Positions 1 to 8,222 of a stretch of DNA of 64,000 bases are shown here, in pieces. Source of the DNA: Candidatus Binatia bacterium (lineage in GTDB: Bacteria; Desulfobacterota; Binatia; HRBIN30); contig JBBRSP010000007.1 of assembly GCA_038245295.1 (NCBI GenBank), forward strand, positions 180,788 to 244,787, read 5' to 3'. The first letter of the stretch is position 1; each line of letters begins with the position of its first letter. A program made the position numbers and the translations under genes. A model generated the notes under the pieces. It had not been told where the DNA came from, ran no database searches, and saw nothing but the letters and a program-made list of their open reading frames with translations.

Positions 1-13
1 CCTTTTCACCTCG

Positions 14-691
14 ATGATCCTCTTCCCCGTGGCTTTTGTGATCTGGGTGGCGACGGCGATCTTTGATCGCCGCTTGCGGCTGCTGCATCAGTTCACCTGT
101 TTCTGGGCCTCGCTCTACACGTGGTTCAACCCGGTCTGGCGCGTCGTCGTCGAGGGGCGCGAGAAGATCCGCAATAACACCACCTACGTCATGGTGGCCA
201 ATCACATGTCGCTCCTCGACATCCTAGTGTTGTTCCGCCTGTTCGCTCACTTCAAATGGGTGTCGAAGATCGAGAACTTCCGCATTCCGTTCGTCGGCTG
301 GAACATGTCGCTCAACCGTTACATCAAGCTGCGCCGCGGCGACAAAGAAAGCATCGATCGGATGATGCGCGCCTGCGAGCAAACTCTGACCGAAGGCAAC
401 TCGATCATGATGTTTCCGGAAGGCACACGCTCGGAGGACGGCAGACTCAAAGACTTCAAACACGGGGCCTTCATCCTAGCCAAGACTCAGCGCATCCCCG
501 TGCTGCCGATCGTCATCGAAGGCACTTCCAATGCCCTGCCGAAGCGCGGGTACGTGTTGCGCGGGCGTCACCAGATCACCGTGCGCATCCTCGAAGAAAT
601 TCCGGCCGAGTCGTTTCGCGACAAATCGGCCGAGACTCTCGCCAACGACGTGCGCGGCGTCATTCTCGACGCGCTCGGCCAACGCCCCTGA
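14..691 (+). CDS. 1-acyl-sn-glycerol-3-phosphate acyltransferase (PlsC/LPLAT family); probably 5'-truncated by the window edge
   Basis: NHMSLLD (NHxxxxD) and FPEGTRS motifs. Confidence 0.9.
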   Translation: MILFPVAFVIWVATAIFDRRLRLLHQFTCFWASLYTWFNPVWRVVVEGREKIRNNTTYVMVANHMSLLDILVLFRLFAHFKWVSKIENFRIPFVGWNMSLNRYIKLRRGDKESIDRMMRACEQTLTEGNSIMMFPEGTRSEDGRLKDFKHGAFILAKTQRIPVLPIVIEGTSNALPKRGYVLRGRHQITVRILEEIPAESFRDKSAETLANDVRGVILDALGQRP

Positions 692-879
692 AGGCCTACG
701 GCACCGTCAGGTGCGACGGTACACAGAATCGCTTGAGACTGTTCACGTTCACCTTGGCGACGCCGAACTGACCATTGACGAAGGCACGCCCGACGGAGAC
801 GGCCTCCCGAGGTAACGTGTAACAGAGCAAGGCCGCATCCGGGGTTACAGTCTTCGATCGAGTAACGACGAGAGCCGAT

Positions 880-900
880 ATTGTCATACCAGTTGACAAT
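880..900. promoter_or_regulatory. Palindromic operator overlapping a TTGACA -35 box upstream of the GntR gene
   Basis: ATTGTCA-TACCAGT-TGACAAT has perfect 7-bp arms and contains a FadR-like TTGTCATACCA; TTGACA at 893-898. Confidence 0.6.
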
Positions 901-931
901 CGGACGATCGTGGCGCTACACGCGCCACCCC

Positions 932-1690
932 ATGAGTGAATCCGTCGCGATCCGTCAGCTGCGCCCGGTGCAGCGCCAAGCCCTCTCCGATGCCGTCTAC
1001 GAACAGTTGCGGCATCAGATCGTCAGCGGCGAACTGGCTGCCGGTGATCCGCTACCGGCCGAGCGACTCCTCTGCGAAGCCTTGGGGGTGAACCGCGGCT
1101 CGGTGCGCGAAGCGCTGCGCCGCCTGCAACAGGCACGCCTTGTCGATGTGCGTCATGGCGGGACATCGCGTGTTCTCGACTACCGTCAGTCGGCCGGTCT
1201 CGATTTTCTGGCGAGCTTGCTGCTCACCGCAACCGGGGACTTCGATCCCGACGTCGTCCGCAGTGTCATGGAGATGCGTTCGGCGCTTGCACCCGATATC
1301 GCGCGCCTGGCGGCGCTTCGCGGTCGCGACGTCGCCGCGAAACTGCACTCCCTGGTCGAAGCGATGGGGAACGCCCACGACGACGCGGCGCAGCTGCAGA
1401 CACTGGCCGCCGAGTTCTGGTCGCGTCTCGTCGATGCCGCCGACAACGTTGCCTATCGGCTCGCCTACAACTCCTTGCTGGAAACCTACGAGCGCTGCCG
1501 ACAGCTACTGGTTCAGGTCCTGGGCGACGAGCTGCGCGACCAGGCAAGCTACGCGGCGATTACCAAAGCCGTCGCCAGTGGTGACGCGGCGGCGGCCGAG
1601 GCACGAGCGCGCGAGTTGGTGCGCCGCGGCGAGAGCGGGATCAATCGTGTACTCGGTCAAATCAAGCCAGCGCGGAGGACGCGAACATGA
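932..1690 (+). CDS. GntR/FadR-family transcriptional regulator
   Basis: wHTH LPAERLLCEALGVNRGSVREAL followed by an FCD-like C-terminal domain; ATG at 932 preferred over TTG at 881. Confidence 0.92.
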   Translation: MSESVAIRQLRPVQRQALSDAVYEQLRHQIVSGELAAGDPLPAERLLCEALGVNRGSVREALRRLQQARLVDVRHGGTSRVLDYRQSAGLDFLASLLLTATGDFDPDVVRSVMEMRSALAPDIARLAALRGRDVAAKLHSLVEAMGNAHDDAAQLQTLAAEFWSRLVDAADNVAYRLAYNSLLETYERCRQLLVQVLGDELRDQASYAAITKAVASGDAAAAEARARELVRRGESGINRVLGQIKPARRTRT

Positions 1691-2385
1691 GCAGTCTGAC
1701 AGCTACCGTCCGTGATCAGCCAGCAATGCCGGGGCTCGCCGCATCCGACAGCCCGCGCACAATGGGCCAAGCATTACCGGTTTTTCTCCGCCACGGCAGC
1801 CCGCGTATCTTGCTCGTGCTGTGCGCCGCAAGCCTGATCTGGCGTGCCAAACTCGGGGGCTTCTCGTGGTGGGACATCCTTCCGGTGGTTGGCATTCTGG
1901 CCATCTGGCCGATCCAGGAGTGGATGATTCATGTGTTCATCCTGCACTTCAAACCGATCCGACTCGGGCGCCGGACGATCGACTTTCGCGTGCCGAAGAA
2001 ACACCGGGAGCACCACAGCGATCCGTGGAACTACGATATCCTCTTCATCCCGATGCAGTCGTTTCTCTACAGCGTCCCGCTGGTGGCGGCAGTGTGGTAC
2101 GCGGTGATGCCGACCACCGAGCTGGCGTGGACCGGGATCACGGCACACCTGCTTCTTTCTCTCCACTACGAGTGGATCCACTACATGGTGCACACGCGTT
2201 ACACGCCGACGACGCGCTACTACCAGCGCCTCTGGAAGAACCATCGCCTGCACCACTTCAAGAACGAGAAGTTCTGGTACGGCGTCACCCGCTTGGAAGG
2301 CGACTGGCTGCTGCGCACCCAGCCGGCGGCGAAAGAGGTTCCCCTGTCGCCAACCGCGAAGTCACTGCTTGGCCAGGCGGCCTGA
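1687..2385 (+). CDS. Fatty acid hydroxylase / sterol desaturase family membrane protein
   Basis: His boxes EWMIH, HREHH, YEWIHYMVH, HRLHH; ATGA overlap with the GntR gene. Confidence 0.88.
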   Translation: MSSLTATVRDQPAMPGLAASDSPRTMGQALPVFLRHGSPRILLVLCAASLIWRAKLGGFSWWDILPVVGILAIWPIQEWMIHVFILHFKPIRLGRRTIDFRVPKKHREHHSDPWNYDILFIPMQSFLYSVPLVAAVWYAVMPTTELAWTGITAHLLLSLHYEWIHYMVHTRYTPTTRYYQRLWKNHRLHHFKNEKFWYGVTRLEGDWLLRTQPAAKEVPLSPTAKSLLGQAA

Positions 2386-2947
2386 TCAGCGTCGGATGTT
2401 CGCTTCGATCCACACGGCGAAGGCCTGCATGAACTTCTGCAGGTATGCCGTCGTGCCTTCATTGGTGATCTTTCCGGCGTCGTCGAAGAGCTTCGCCGCG
2501 TTACCGATGTAGGCCTCGGGCTTGCTGCAGCGTCGGCACGTTCAGAAAGACAAGCGACTGTCGCAGCACCTGGTTGGCGCCGAATCCACCCATCGCGCCA
2601 GGCGAGACACTCATCACCGCACCCGGCTTACCGTCCCAGGCGCTCTGGCCGTAAGGCCGCGAGGCAACGTCGATGGCATTTTTCAGCACACCCGGGATCG
2701 ATCGATTGTATTCAGGAGTGACGAACAGAACCGCGTCGGCAGCCTTCACCTGTTGCTTGAAGACTACCCAGGCCGGCGGCGGGGACTCATCGAGGTCTTG
2801 GTTGTACAGTGTCAACTGGTCGATCTCGACGATCTCGAGTTTCAACGAACTCGGCGCCAACTCCGCCAGAGCTTTGGCCATCTTACGGTTGAACGACTCC
2901 TTGCGGAGGCTGCCGACGATTACGGCAACGTTGCGGGTTGTACTCAT
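2386..2947 (-). pseudogene. NADPH-dependent FMN reductase (ChrR-like) with a 1-nt frameshift near 2521-2523 (pseudogene or sequencing error)
   Basis: GSLRKESFN, TPEYNRS, PGVLKNAID motifs. After ...PTLQQ the family C-terminus PEAYIGNAAKLFDDAGKITNEGTTAYLQKFMQAFAVWIE continues in another frame to TGA at 2386-2388. Confidence 0.85.
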
Positions 2948-3019
2948 CGGCGCATCTTTCCAATCGTTACCGAGTGCGTCAACCGTCTAACCAATCCTAA
3001 TGTGACAATCTCATTCTTA

Positions 3020-3165
3020 ACCGCAGAGGCGCAGGGCCGCAGAGAGCGCCGCCAAAAGCGCGTACCGAACGGGCAAAGTAAACATCATTCAAAATGAACT
3101 GATCAGGTGCGGACACCGCAGGGCATTCACACGCAGGGGCTCTGCGCGCTCTGCCCCTCTGCGGT
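3020..3165. repeat. Inverted-repeat element ACCGCAGAGGCGCAG...CTCTGCCCCTCTGCGGT
   Basis: Left arm accgcagaggcgcagggccgcagag pairs imperfectly with right arm ctctgcgcgctctgcccctctgcggt; intergenic. Confidence 0.7.
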
Positions 3166-3202
3166 GAGGTCTTTTGTCACATTGGAGTTAATTGCCTCGC
3201 CA

Positions 3203-4024
3203 TCACGCCTCGCGGCGGTTGGCGAGCAACGCCGCACCGGTTAGCGCCAGAAGCATGGAGACCGGCCGCACAAAGCCGAAGCGGCCGCTGCCAATGAGCG
3301 GCTCCCCGAAGACCATGGCGCCGCCGGCGATCGGAACAATGTTGGAAATCACCGAGAAGATTGGCACAACCACCACTCCGCGACCGCCCTGCAACGTCGC
3401 TTGCATGGCAGCAAACCCGGCCGCATTGGTCAGCAGCGTCGTCCACAGGGGCCCGGCCAGAGCCTCCGCAAATGAGTCGACCGCCGATAGCTGCTTGGCG
3501 AACAAACCGGCGAGGCCCAGCAACACACCCGCCGCAACGGCCCAGCCGATCTCGCGGCGCGGGCGGCGGTCACCCCAGACCGCGAATACCGAGATTCCGA
3601 TCGATAACACGGAGAAGAAGGTGATCGACAGTCCGGCGGCCGGAGCGGACGCGTGTTCCTCGAGGGTTGATCCAAGCAGCACTAGACCAATGGTTACGGC
3701 GACAACGCCAACCCATTCGACCCCACGCAACCGCTCGCCCAGCCCGATTACGGCCATCAGCACAAAGACGGCGATGCCACCATCCATCGCCGTGTGGACG
3801 ATGGAGAGCGGCGCCCAACGCAGCGCGAGGATGTAAACACCATAGGCGAATGTCTGCAGCGCAACACCGAAGACCCACCAGCGATTACGCGCAAACGCGG
3901 CCCAGGCTTTGGCGCTCAGCCCGCCTCGGATCGGCGGCAAGCCCTCCGCCTCGCGCTTCATGTAGTACAAGCCCACCGACATCGTGGTGCTCGCGAAGAT
4001 CGAGAGAAGAACCGAAAGAAGCAT
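3203..4024 (-). CDS. DMT/EamA-superfamily membrane protein
   Basis: Multiple TM helices; WWVFG, APLSIV, GLGERL..EWVG pattern; downstream of hpnJ. Confidence 0.75.
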   Translation of the reverse strand: MLLSVLLSIFASTTMSVGLYYMKREAEGLPPIRGGLSAKAWAAFARNRWWVFGVALQTFAYGVYILALRWAPLSIVHTAMDGGIAVFVLMAVIGLGERLRGVEWVGVVAVTIGLVLLGSTLEEHASAPAAGLSITFFSVLSIGISVFAVWGDRRPRREIGWAVAAGVLLGLAGLFAKQLSAVDSFAEALAGPLWTTLLTNAAGFAAMQATLQGGRGVVVVPIFSVISNIVPIAGGAMVFGEPLIGSGRFGFVRPVSMLLALTGAALLANRREA

Positions 4025-4095
4025 CGTAGAAATGCGAAACGCCCTGTTGCCAGGGCGTTTCACGTATCAGGGTGGGTTACCGGTATAAGTCGCGC

Positions 4096-5544
4096 CTACA
4101 CGGCTCCCGGCGTCGCCGGGGTGCGCGATGAGTTGCGCCGCTTGCGCATCGTCGTCAGAAACTCGCCGGCTTCGCGCATCAAGCGCTTGCGCTCGTCGGA
4201 GCTGCCGATCATCTTCTTGGCCGCCTTTATGAAGTACTTCGGACGGAAGTAGTACGAGCGGTAGACACGTTCGACCGCGTCGAAAATTTCCTGCGATGAC
4301 AGGCCGGGGTAGCTGACGGTGCACTTTTGGTAGCCGGCTTCGTCATTGTAGACGTCCTGCACCAGGAAGCCGTTCTCTTTGACGTAGTTGTAGAAATGCG
4401 TGCCCGGGTATGGCGAAGCCAGCGAAACCTGCAGAGTTTCCGGGTTCATTTCACGCGCGAACTTGATCGTCTCGTTGATGGTTTCCATCGTCTCGCCCGG
4501 CAGACCGACGATGAACGTGCCATGGATCAGGATGCCGATCTCGTGGCAGTCCTTGGTGAAGCGGCGGGCGCGTTCGACACTCACACCCTTCTTGATGTTC
4601 TTGAGGATCTCTTCGTTACCCGACTCGTAACCGACGACGAAAAGGCGCAAGCCGCCGTCCTTCATCGATTTCAACGTCTCACGATCGACGTTGGCTCGGG
4701 CGTTGGTCGACCAACAGAGGTTCTGCGTCTTGAACAAGTCGGCTAGCTGGCGGGCTCGCAGGGGGTCGGCCGTGAACGTGTCGTCGTCGAAGAAGATCTC
4801 TTTCATCTTCGGGAAACGCCGCGGCATCTCCTTCACTTCCTCGAAAACATTCTCAGGGCTCCGCGTGCGATACGAATGCCCCGTGGTCACCTGTGGCCAC
4901 AGGCAGAACGTGCAACGCGCCGGACAACCGCGGCCGGTGTAAAGTGAAACGTACGGATATTGGCAGTAGGGACTGTTGTACTTGAGATAGTCGAGATCGC
5001 GTTCGTAGATCTGCGTCACGAACGGCAGCGCATCGAGTTGCTCACGCGTCATCGGTGCCGAATCTGGATTGTGCGTGATGACGCCGTTCTTGCGGTAGCT
5101 TAGACCTGGGATCGAGGCCCAGTCCTTGCCGGCAGCAAGGTCGACCAGCGCGTGATCGAACTCTTTGCGGGCGATGACATCGATCGCGTCGCCGAAGTCG
5201 AGCGATTCCTGCGGCTGCGCCGTGACGTGGCCGCCGACAAACGCAATCGTCGCCTTGGGATTCAGATCCTTGATCATCCGCGCCGTGCGCACATCGAGTT
5301 TGAACGATGGCGTGCTGGTGTGCAGGACCACGAAATCATACTTCGAAGCCGTAGAGACCACCTCGGCCTGCTTCAGGTGCTCCGGCGGCGCGTCGAGCAA
5401 ACGCGCCCCTTCGATCATTCCAGCCGGATAAGCGAGCCAGGTGGGATACCAGAACGACCAGACTTCACGCGTCGCCTGGTAGCGGGAACCCGCTCCACCA
5501 TCAAAATCGTCGTAGGAGGGCGGATTAAGAAGGATAGTCTTCAT
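4096..5544 (-). CDS. hpnJ: Hopanoid biosynthesis-associated radical SAM protein HpnJ
   Basis: N-terminal LNPPSYDDFDGGAGSRYQATRE..FWYPTWLAYP; GRGCPARCTFCLWPQ radical SAM motif. Confidence 0.93.
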   Translation of the reverse strand: MKTILLNPPSYDDFDGGAGSRYQATREVWSFWYPTWLAYPAGMIEGARLLDAPPEHLKQAEVVSTASKYDFVVLHTSTPSFKLDVRTARMIKDLNPKATIAFVGGHVTAQPQESLDFGDAIDVIARKEFDHALVDLAAGKDWASIPGLSYRKNGVITHNPDSAPMTREQLDALPFVTQIYERDLDYLKYNSPYCQYPYVSLYTGRGCPARCTFCLWPQVTTGHSYRTRSPENVFEEVKEMPRRFPKMKEIFFDDDTFTADPLRARQLADLFKTQNLCWSTNARANVDRETLKSMKDGGLRLFVVGYESGNEEILKNIKKGVSVERARRFTKDCHEIGILIHGTFIVGLPGETMETINETIKFAREMNPETLQVSLASPYPGTHFYNYVKENGFLVQDVYNDEAGYQKCTVSYPGLSSQEIFDAVERVYRSYYFRPKYFIKAAKKMIGSSDERKRLMREAGEFLTTMRKRRNSSRTPATPGAV

Positions 5545-5627
5545 GAGAATATTTCCCCTCGAGTGCGGCGGACACTAACCGAGCACTCAGGGTCAATCAA
5601 GACAAGAAAGGTCTAGATTGAACCCGT

Positions 5628-5739
5628 CGGTAGGCATCAGACGGTAGACGGCGATTCGTCGGCGGGGATGGGATACGACCCTCGTGCCTGCGCCATCCGG
5701 GGCGTCGATGAACAACCGTCTACCCTCTGCGACCTACCG
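5628..5739. repeat. Imperfect inverted repeat (CGGTAGG...CGGTAGACGG / CCGTCTACC...CCTACCG)
   Basis: Arms at 5628-5651 and 5716-5739 are near reverse complements. Confidence 0.5.
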
Positions 5740-5750
5740 TGGGGAAGGCA

Positions 5751-6032
5751 TCAGTGCATCGTTGCATGGCAACAGCGAGTGCAGAGATGATTGGTTCCGG
5801 TATCGTGAACAATGGTCAGATGAACACCGCAAGCCGAGCAGTGATCGTCAACACCCGGCTGAGGGTGGAACGCGCGCCAATGATGGCTGCCAAGGGTTAC
5901 ATCGACCCAGCTCTCGTGCCGCGCCCGGTTGGTGATGTGCTCAAACACCATCTGCCAATCGTAGTCGGTATGGATCGACATCACCAACCCGCCATGCGGG
6001 GTCCTTAGCCTCACGTTCTGGTTCGTCTTCAT
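5751..6032 (-). CDS. Small hypothetical protein with a C-terminal CxxC...CxxC putative zinc finger
   Basis: HCSACG...HLCTRCCH; fills an otherwise empty interval; start uncertain. Confidence 0.45.
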   Translation of the reverse strand: MKTNQNVRLRTPHGGLVMSIHTDYDWQMVFEHITNRARHESWVDVTLGSHHWRAFHPQPGVDDHCSACGVHLTIVHDTGTNHLCTRCCHATMH

Positions 6033-6245
6033 GGTGCCGTGTGACGTGTGCAACTCAGGTGCCATTCATGTCCGACGTGTCAAAGGCCCCAACCTCCGGC
6101 ACAAGCGTCGCGCTGGCGGACCACCTGTGCTGCTCAGACTACAGACACTGCCCCGGTGGCAGGCGGCGCTTCAGGAGGCGAGAGTCTAGACAACGTGCCG
6201 CGTAGGACGGGCAATGCCAGCCCTACGCGGCGTCGTTTCACACAT

Positions 6246-7649
6246 CTACTTCTTCACGTTGATGACCTGGATTGCCGTGAACTCGTTGTAGCCCCAGCGG
6301 CCGTTCTCGTAGCCGATTCCACTCCACTTTGAGCCGCCGAACGGCGTGTACGGCGTGAGGTCCAGATGATGGTTGACCCACCCCGTACCGGAGTCGAGCT
6401 CCTGCACCAGCTCAGCTCCCTTCTGGGGGTCCGATGTCCATACGGAAGCGCCCAGCCCGAAATGTGTGCGATTGGCCTGGGCGACGGCGTCTTCGACCTT
6501 GCTGTAGCGAATCATCGGCAACGCCATGCCGAACTGCTCCTCGTCGACCAGACGCATGCCTTCTTCCGCCCCACTGACGATCGTCGGCGGGTAAAAATAC
6601 CCCGAGCCCTCGAGACGCACGCCGCCCGAATCGACACTGGCACCGGCCTTACGAGCATCGTCGACCAGCTCCATGACTTTATTGAGCTGCATCGAGTTGT
6701 TCATCGGTCCGAGCTGAGTCTCGGGGTCGCTACCCGGCCCGACCCGCACCGACTTGGCACGCGCCACAAGGGCAGCTCGGATGGGTTCGTAAACGCTATC
6801 GTGAACATACAAGCGCTTGATCGCCGCGCAGACTTGCCCCGAGTTCTGAAACGCGCCCCAGAACAGACCTTCGGCGACGGCTTCCGGGTTCACATCGGGC
6901 AAGACGATCGCCGGATCATTGCCGCCGAGCTCGAGGGTGACGCGCTTCAAGTCATCCGCCGCGGCGTGCATGATGCGTTTGCCCGTCGCCACACTGCCGG
7001 TGAAGGAGATCTTACGCGGCGTCGGATGGGCCGTCATCAGACCACCCAGCTCGTTGCCGCCCGGCACGATGTTGATAACGCCCTTGGGCAAGACATCCTT
7101 CAAGATGTCGAACAGCAGTAGCGACGACAGCGGCGTGTAGGGCGATGGCTTGGCAACGATGGTGTTGCCGGCGAGCAGGGCCGGAGCCAGCTTCCAACAC
7201 ATGAGGATGACCGGGAAGTTCCACGGCGTGATGGCCGCCACGACCCCGAGAGGCTTGCGGATAATGGTGATCTTCTTCTCGCTGTCGTCCTGCAGGACTT
7301 CCGGTTCGAGCTGCAGCGACGCGAAGTAGCTGAACCAGATCGACGCCCCGAAGACTTCAGCCATCGCCGCCGTGATCGGCTTGCCCTGCTCCAAACTCAG
7401 CAAGGCAGCCAGATCTTGCACACGTCCCTGGATCGCCATGGCGCATTCGCCCAGCTTGGCGCGCCGGAGATTCTCGTCTTTGCGCCATTCGCCGAACGCC
7501 GCGTTGGCCGCCAGCATGGCTTGGTCGACATGTTCCTTGGTGGCACGAGCGCAGGTCGCAAACGGCTCGCCCTTGGCGGGGTCGATGACCGGATCCTGCT
7601 CCGTCGTGTTTATCAACTCACCATTGATCAACATCGGGTAAGACTGCAT
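6246..7649 (-). CDS. NAD(P)-dependent aldehyde dehydrogenase
   Basis: ITPWNFP, SFTGSVATG, LELGGND, GQVCAA, EEQFG; AGGAG RBS before the ATG at 7649. The longer ORF runs through repeats. Confidence 0.95.
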   Translation of the reverse strand: MQSYPMLINGELINTTEQDPVIDPAKGEPFATCARATKEHVDQAMLAANAAFGEWRKDENLRRAKLGECAMAIQGRVQDLAALLSLEQGKPITAAMAEVFGASIWFSYFASLQLEPEVLQDDSEKKITIIRKPLGVVAAITPWNFPVILMCWKLAPALLAGNTIVAKPSPYTPLSSLLLFDILKDVLPKGVINIVPGGNELGGLMTAHPTPRKISFTGSVATGKRIMHAAADDLKRVTLELGGNDPAIVLPDVNPEAVAEGLFWGAFQNSGQVCAAIKRLYVHDSVYEPIRAALVARAKSVRVGPGSDPETQLGPMNNSMQLNKVMELVDDARKAGASVDSGGVRLEGSGYFYPPTIVSGAEEGMRLVDEEQFGMALPMIRYSKVEDAVAQANRTHFGLGASVWTSDPQKGAELVQELDSGTGWVNHHLDLTPYTPFGGSKWSGIGYENGRWGYNEFTAIQVINVKK

Positions 7650-7793
7650 GGCTGTCTCCTTCTTTTGCGTGACGGATTCTTCGATAGGGGCGGGCGACGA
7701 CATAGCGGTTCGCGAACGCCGAGGAAACAACCAGCCCGCTCGCGCTGGCGCCGCTGGTTGCGGGTCCATTTGAAACCCGAAGCGGCGAGGATG

Positions 7794-8036
7794 CGTCATT
7801 CCGGCGAACGAGACTGTCGTAAAACCAAAGTGGAGCAACGTCATCCCGGTGAAAACCGGGATCTCCCCTGCTGGAAGCCTCGAAAGCTGGCGAGATACCG
7901 GCTTTCGCCGGTATCTCGGAGGTGGTTGCGCAGTTTCAAACGAAGAATCAGAGAAAATCGGCACACTCGAAAGCCGGAATCTCGCCGGCCTTCCCAGGCT
8001 CCACTTGAGGAGATCCCGGCTTTCGCCGGGATGACG
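7794..8036. repeat. Cluster of GTCATYCCGGCGAAAGCCGGRATCTC REP-like palindromes
   Basis: Copies at 7794-7808 plus 7969-7983 (split), 7839-7865, 7892-7917 and 8010-8036 (inverted). Confidence 0.85.
7810..7968. mobile_element. Degenerate 159-bp MITE-like insertion in the loop of a REP palindrome
   Basis: Starts GAGACTGTCGTAAAA and ends CGGCACACTC; flanked by GAAC/GAAA; removing it restores cgtcattccggcgaaagccggaatctc. Confidence 0.6.
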
Positions 8037-8222
8037 TCGCCTACCCCCTCGAAATCAAACGGACCCCACTACCGCTCCGCTGCTCCCCTTTGCCGCCCAT
8101 CACAGGAAATGGTACACCCCCGGACTTTGCAGACCGTCGGCGGCCACGAGAAGGGACATTGAGCGAATGAGGCGATCAACGCGGCTTTCGTTGCGCTTGG
8201 CGATCATTTCCCCGAGCTGATC

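Noticed and set aside
7650..7964. N-terminal extension of the aldehyde dehydrogenase
   Set aside because: It is read-through of REP/MITE DNA; the RBS and family start are at 7649.
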